From Fibrobacteria bacterium (GTDB taxonomy: Bacteria; Fibrobacterota; Fibrobacteria; UBA11236; JADFYW01), in NCBI GenBank assembly GCA_015232855.1, contig JADFYW010000005.1:19926-83925 (forward strand): a stretch of 64,000 nt of DNA, read 5' to 3'. The translations under genes and the position numbers were made by a program. The notes under the pieces are model-generated. The model was given only the letters and a program-made list of their open reading frames with translations. It did no database searches and had not been told where the DNA came from. This document shows, piece after piece, positions 63,042 to 64,000 of this stretch (positions are counted from its first letter, which is position 1; each line of letters begins with the position of its first letter).

Positions 63042-64000
63042 ATCCGATACCGGACGGTGGTTTTAAGAATTGCCAAAGGTAATGATATAAGAGAAACATC
63101 AAATATATACTTGTCTCTTATCTCAAAGGTATACCCTAAATTCAAAATGGGCATGACTTTCACATCGATTTCTCTGCTATTTTCATAAAATATTGGTTCT
63201 CCATAATACGCACCTGCATTTAAGAAAAAGCCAAACAAATTGATGCCTATAGCCCCTTTATGCTGCAATTGAGAACCCAACCGCCCTGTGGAATTTTCTG
63301 TTATCAGAGAATCTGAACCATCAGCAGCAGCAACGATATCGTTATAGGTTGTATCAAAAGCAGCTTTTTGTGAGCGGTGTTTATAGGTTAAAGATAATCC
63401 CCGGTAATACCAGGCATAATCAAAATTCAATTTAAGCCAGGATAGTGAAGTATGTAAAGAAACTCCAACCCTTGAAGGTAATTGTAATTCAACATCATAA
63501 ATTTCATTAGTGACTTTTTTAGTCAGTGTGAGTTTAGTAAGGTTTAATTTACCTACATCAAAAAATTCTGCATCCTCACTACCTCCCCCAGCACTTTCAT
63601 CTTGATCAATGGCATTAAGTATGTAATGTTCACCACTAATATATCCCAGTTTAAGAGTACCATTATAACTTGCGGCAAAATCAATACCAAAATATTTTAG
63701 AAAGGTCCAGTTTGCTCCAAACGCCCCCCCCGGAGCACTGGCTTTTGAGTATCCCACATAGTTCACTTTCAGATCATCGGTATAGGGTGTACCATCGAGA
63801 TTAAAATAAGACTCCTTTTCGCTCTGAGAAATAAAGCCATCTATACTTCCCACAGCATTAAAATCCATATACGCCATATATTGATGCACAGCAAAACCAA
63901 ACTTCAAACCAGTTCCAGGTACCTCAGTAGCAATGCCTGCTCCCCTACGGTTAAGACCAAGATAGAGAGCCAACCCCGTTTGCACACTAAAACGAGCTTT
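63038..64000 (-). CDS. putative outer-membrane beta-barrel protein (5' end outside window)
   Basis: The frame is open to the window edge. Amphipathic strands alternate and are rich in G/Y/F/N. The stop overlaps the giant gene's ATG (ATGA at 63038-63041). Confidence 0.5.
   Translation of the reverse strand, partial: KARFSVQTGLALYLGLNRRGAGIATEVPGTGLKFGFAVHQYMAYMDFNAVGSIDGFISQSEKESYFNLDGTPYTDDLKVNYVGYSKASAPGGAFGANWTFLKYFGIDFAASYNGTLKLGYISGEHYILNAIDQDESAGGGSEDAEFFDVGKLNLTKLTLTKKVTNEIYDVELQLPSRVGVSLHTSLSWLKLNFDYAWYYRGLSLTYKHRSQKAAFDTTYNDIVAAADGSDSLITENSTGRLGSQLQHKGAIGINLFGFFLNAGAYYGEPIFYENSREIDVKVMPILNLGYTFEIRDKYIFDVSLISLPLAILKTTVRYRI

Overview
Protein families were called by eye from motifs, with no searches run, and start codons are approximate. 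The window comes from a moderately AT-rich diderm bacterium. It carries T9SS/FlgD-Ig-type C-terminal sorting domains and a PorV-like barrel, which fit an uncultivated FCB-superphylum-like lineage, although clear Shine-Dalgarno sites are used; this placement is inference. I saw no rRNA, tRNA, CRISPR, transposase, integrase or reverse transcriptase.

Gene content, left to right:
- 1-2440: tail of an MMPL/RND exporter, a LolA-like protein and an outer-membrane (OM) barrel.
- 2490-9189: small accessory genes and secreted polysaccharide-type proteins.
- 9410-11077: a membrane Ser/Thr kinase.
- 11088-18757: a four-gene surface-protein and glycosyltransferase operon.
- 18831-22290: a DUF89 protein, a secreted EEP nuclease/phosphatase and a TPR-like protein.
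- 22443-40106: a one-directional block of about 17.6 kb, transcribed on the minus strand from 40106 down to 22443. In transcription order it is TetR, MMPL, LolA-like, barrel, fadD, etfB, etfA, a membrane Fe-S ETF oxidoreductase, a 3-hydroxyacyl-CoA dehydrogenase/enoyl-CoA hydratase, thiolase, acyl-CoA dehydrogenase and a terminator.
- 40496-47822: a sigma-70 factor, an XPB-type helicase and an M16 peptidase pair.
- 48478-51331: nrdDG.
- 51361-53376: a FapA/DUF342 protein.
- 53501-64000: a tightly coupled operon of barrel, 2806-aa multi-domain surface protein and PorV-like barrel.

Most interesting observations:
- The duplicated MMPL / LolA-like / barrel triad, one copy fused to the beta-oxidation-ETF cluster, is a candidate trans-envelope lipid conduit.
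- The giant-protein operon is flanked by two barrels.
- A structured REP-like hairpin family is present, including a 180-bp palindromic MITE-like element inserted into a REP loop with a 3-bp target duplication.
- Inverted heptamer arrays bracket a convergent gene pair.
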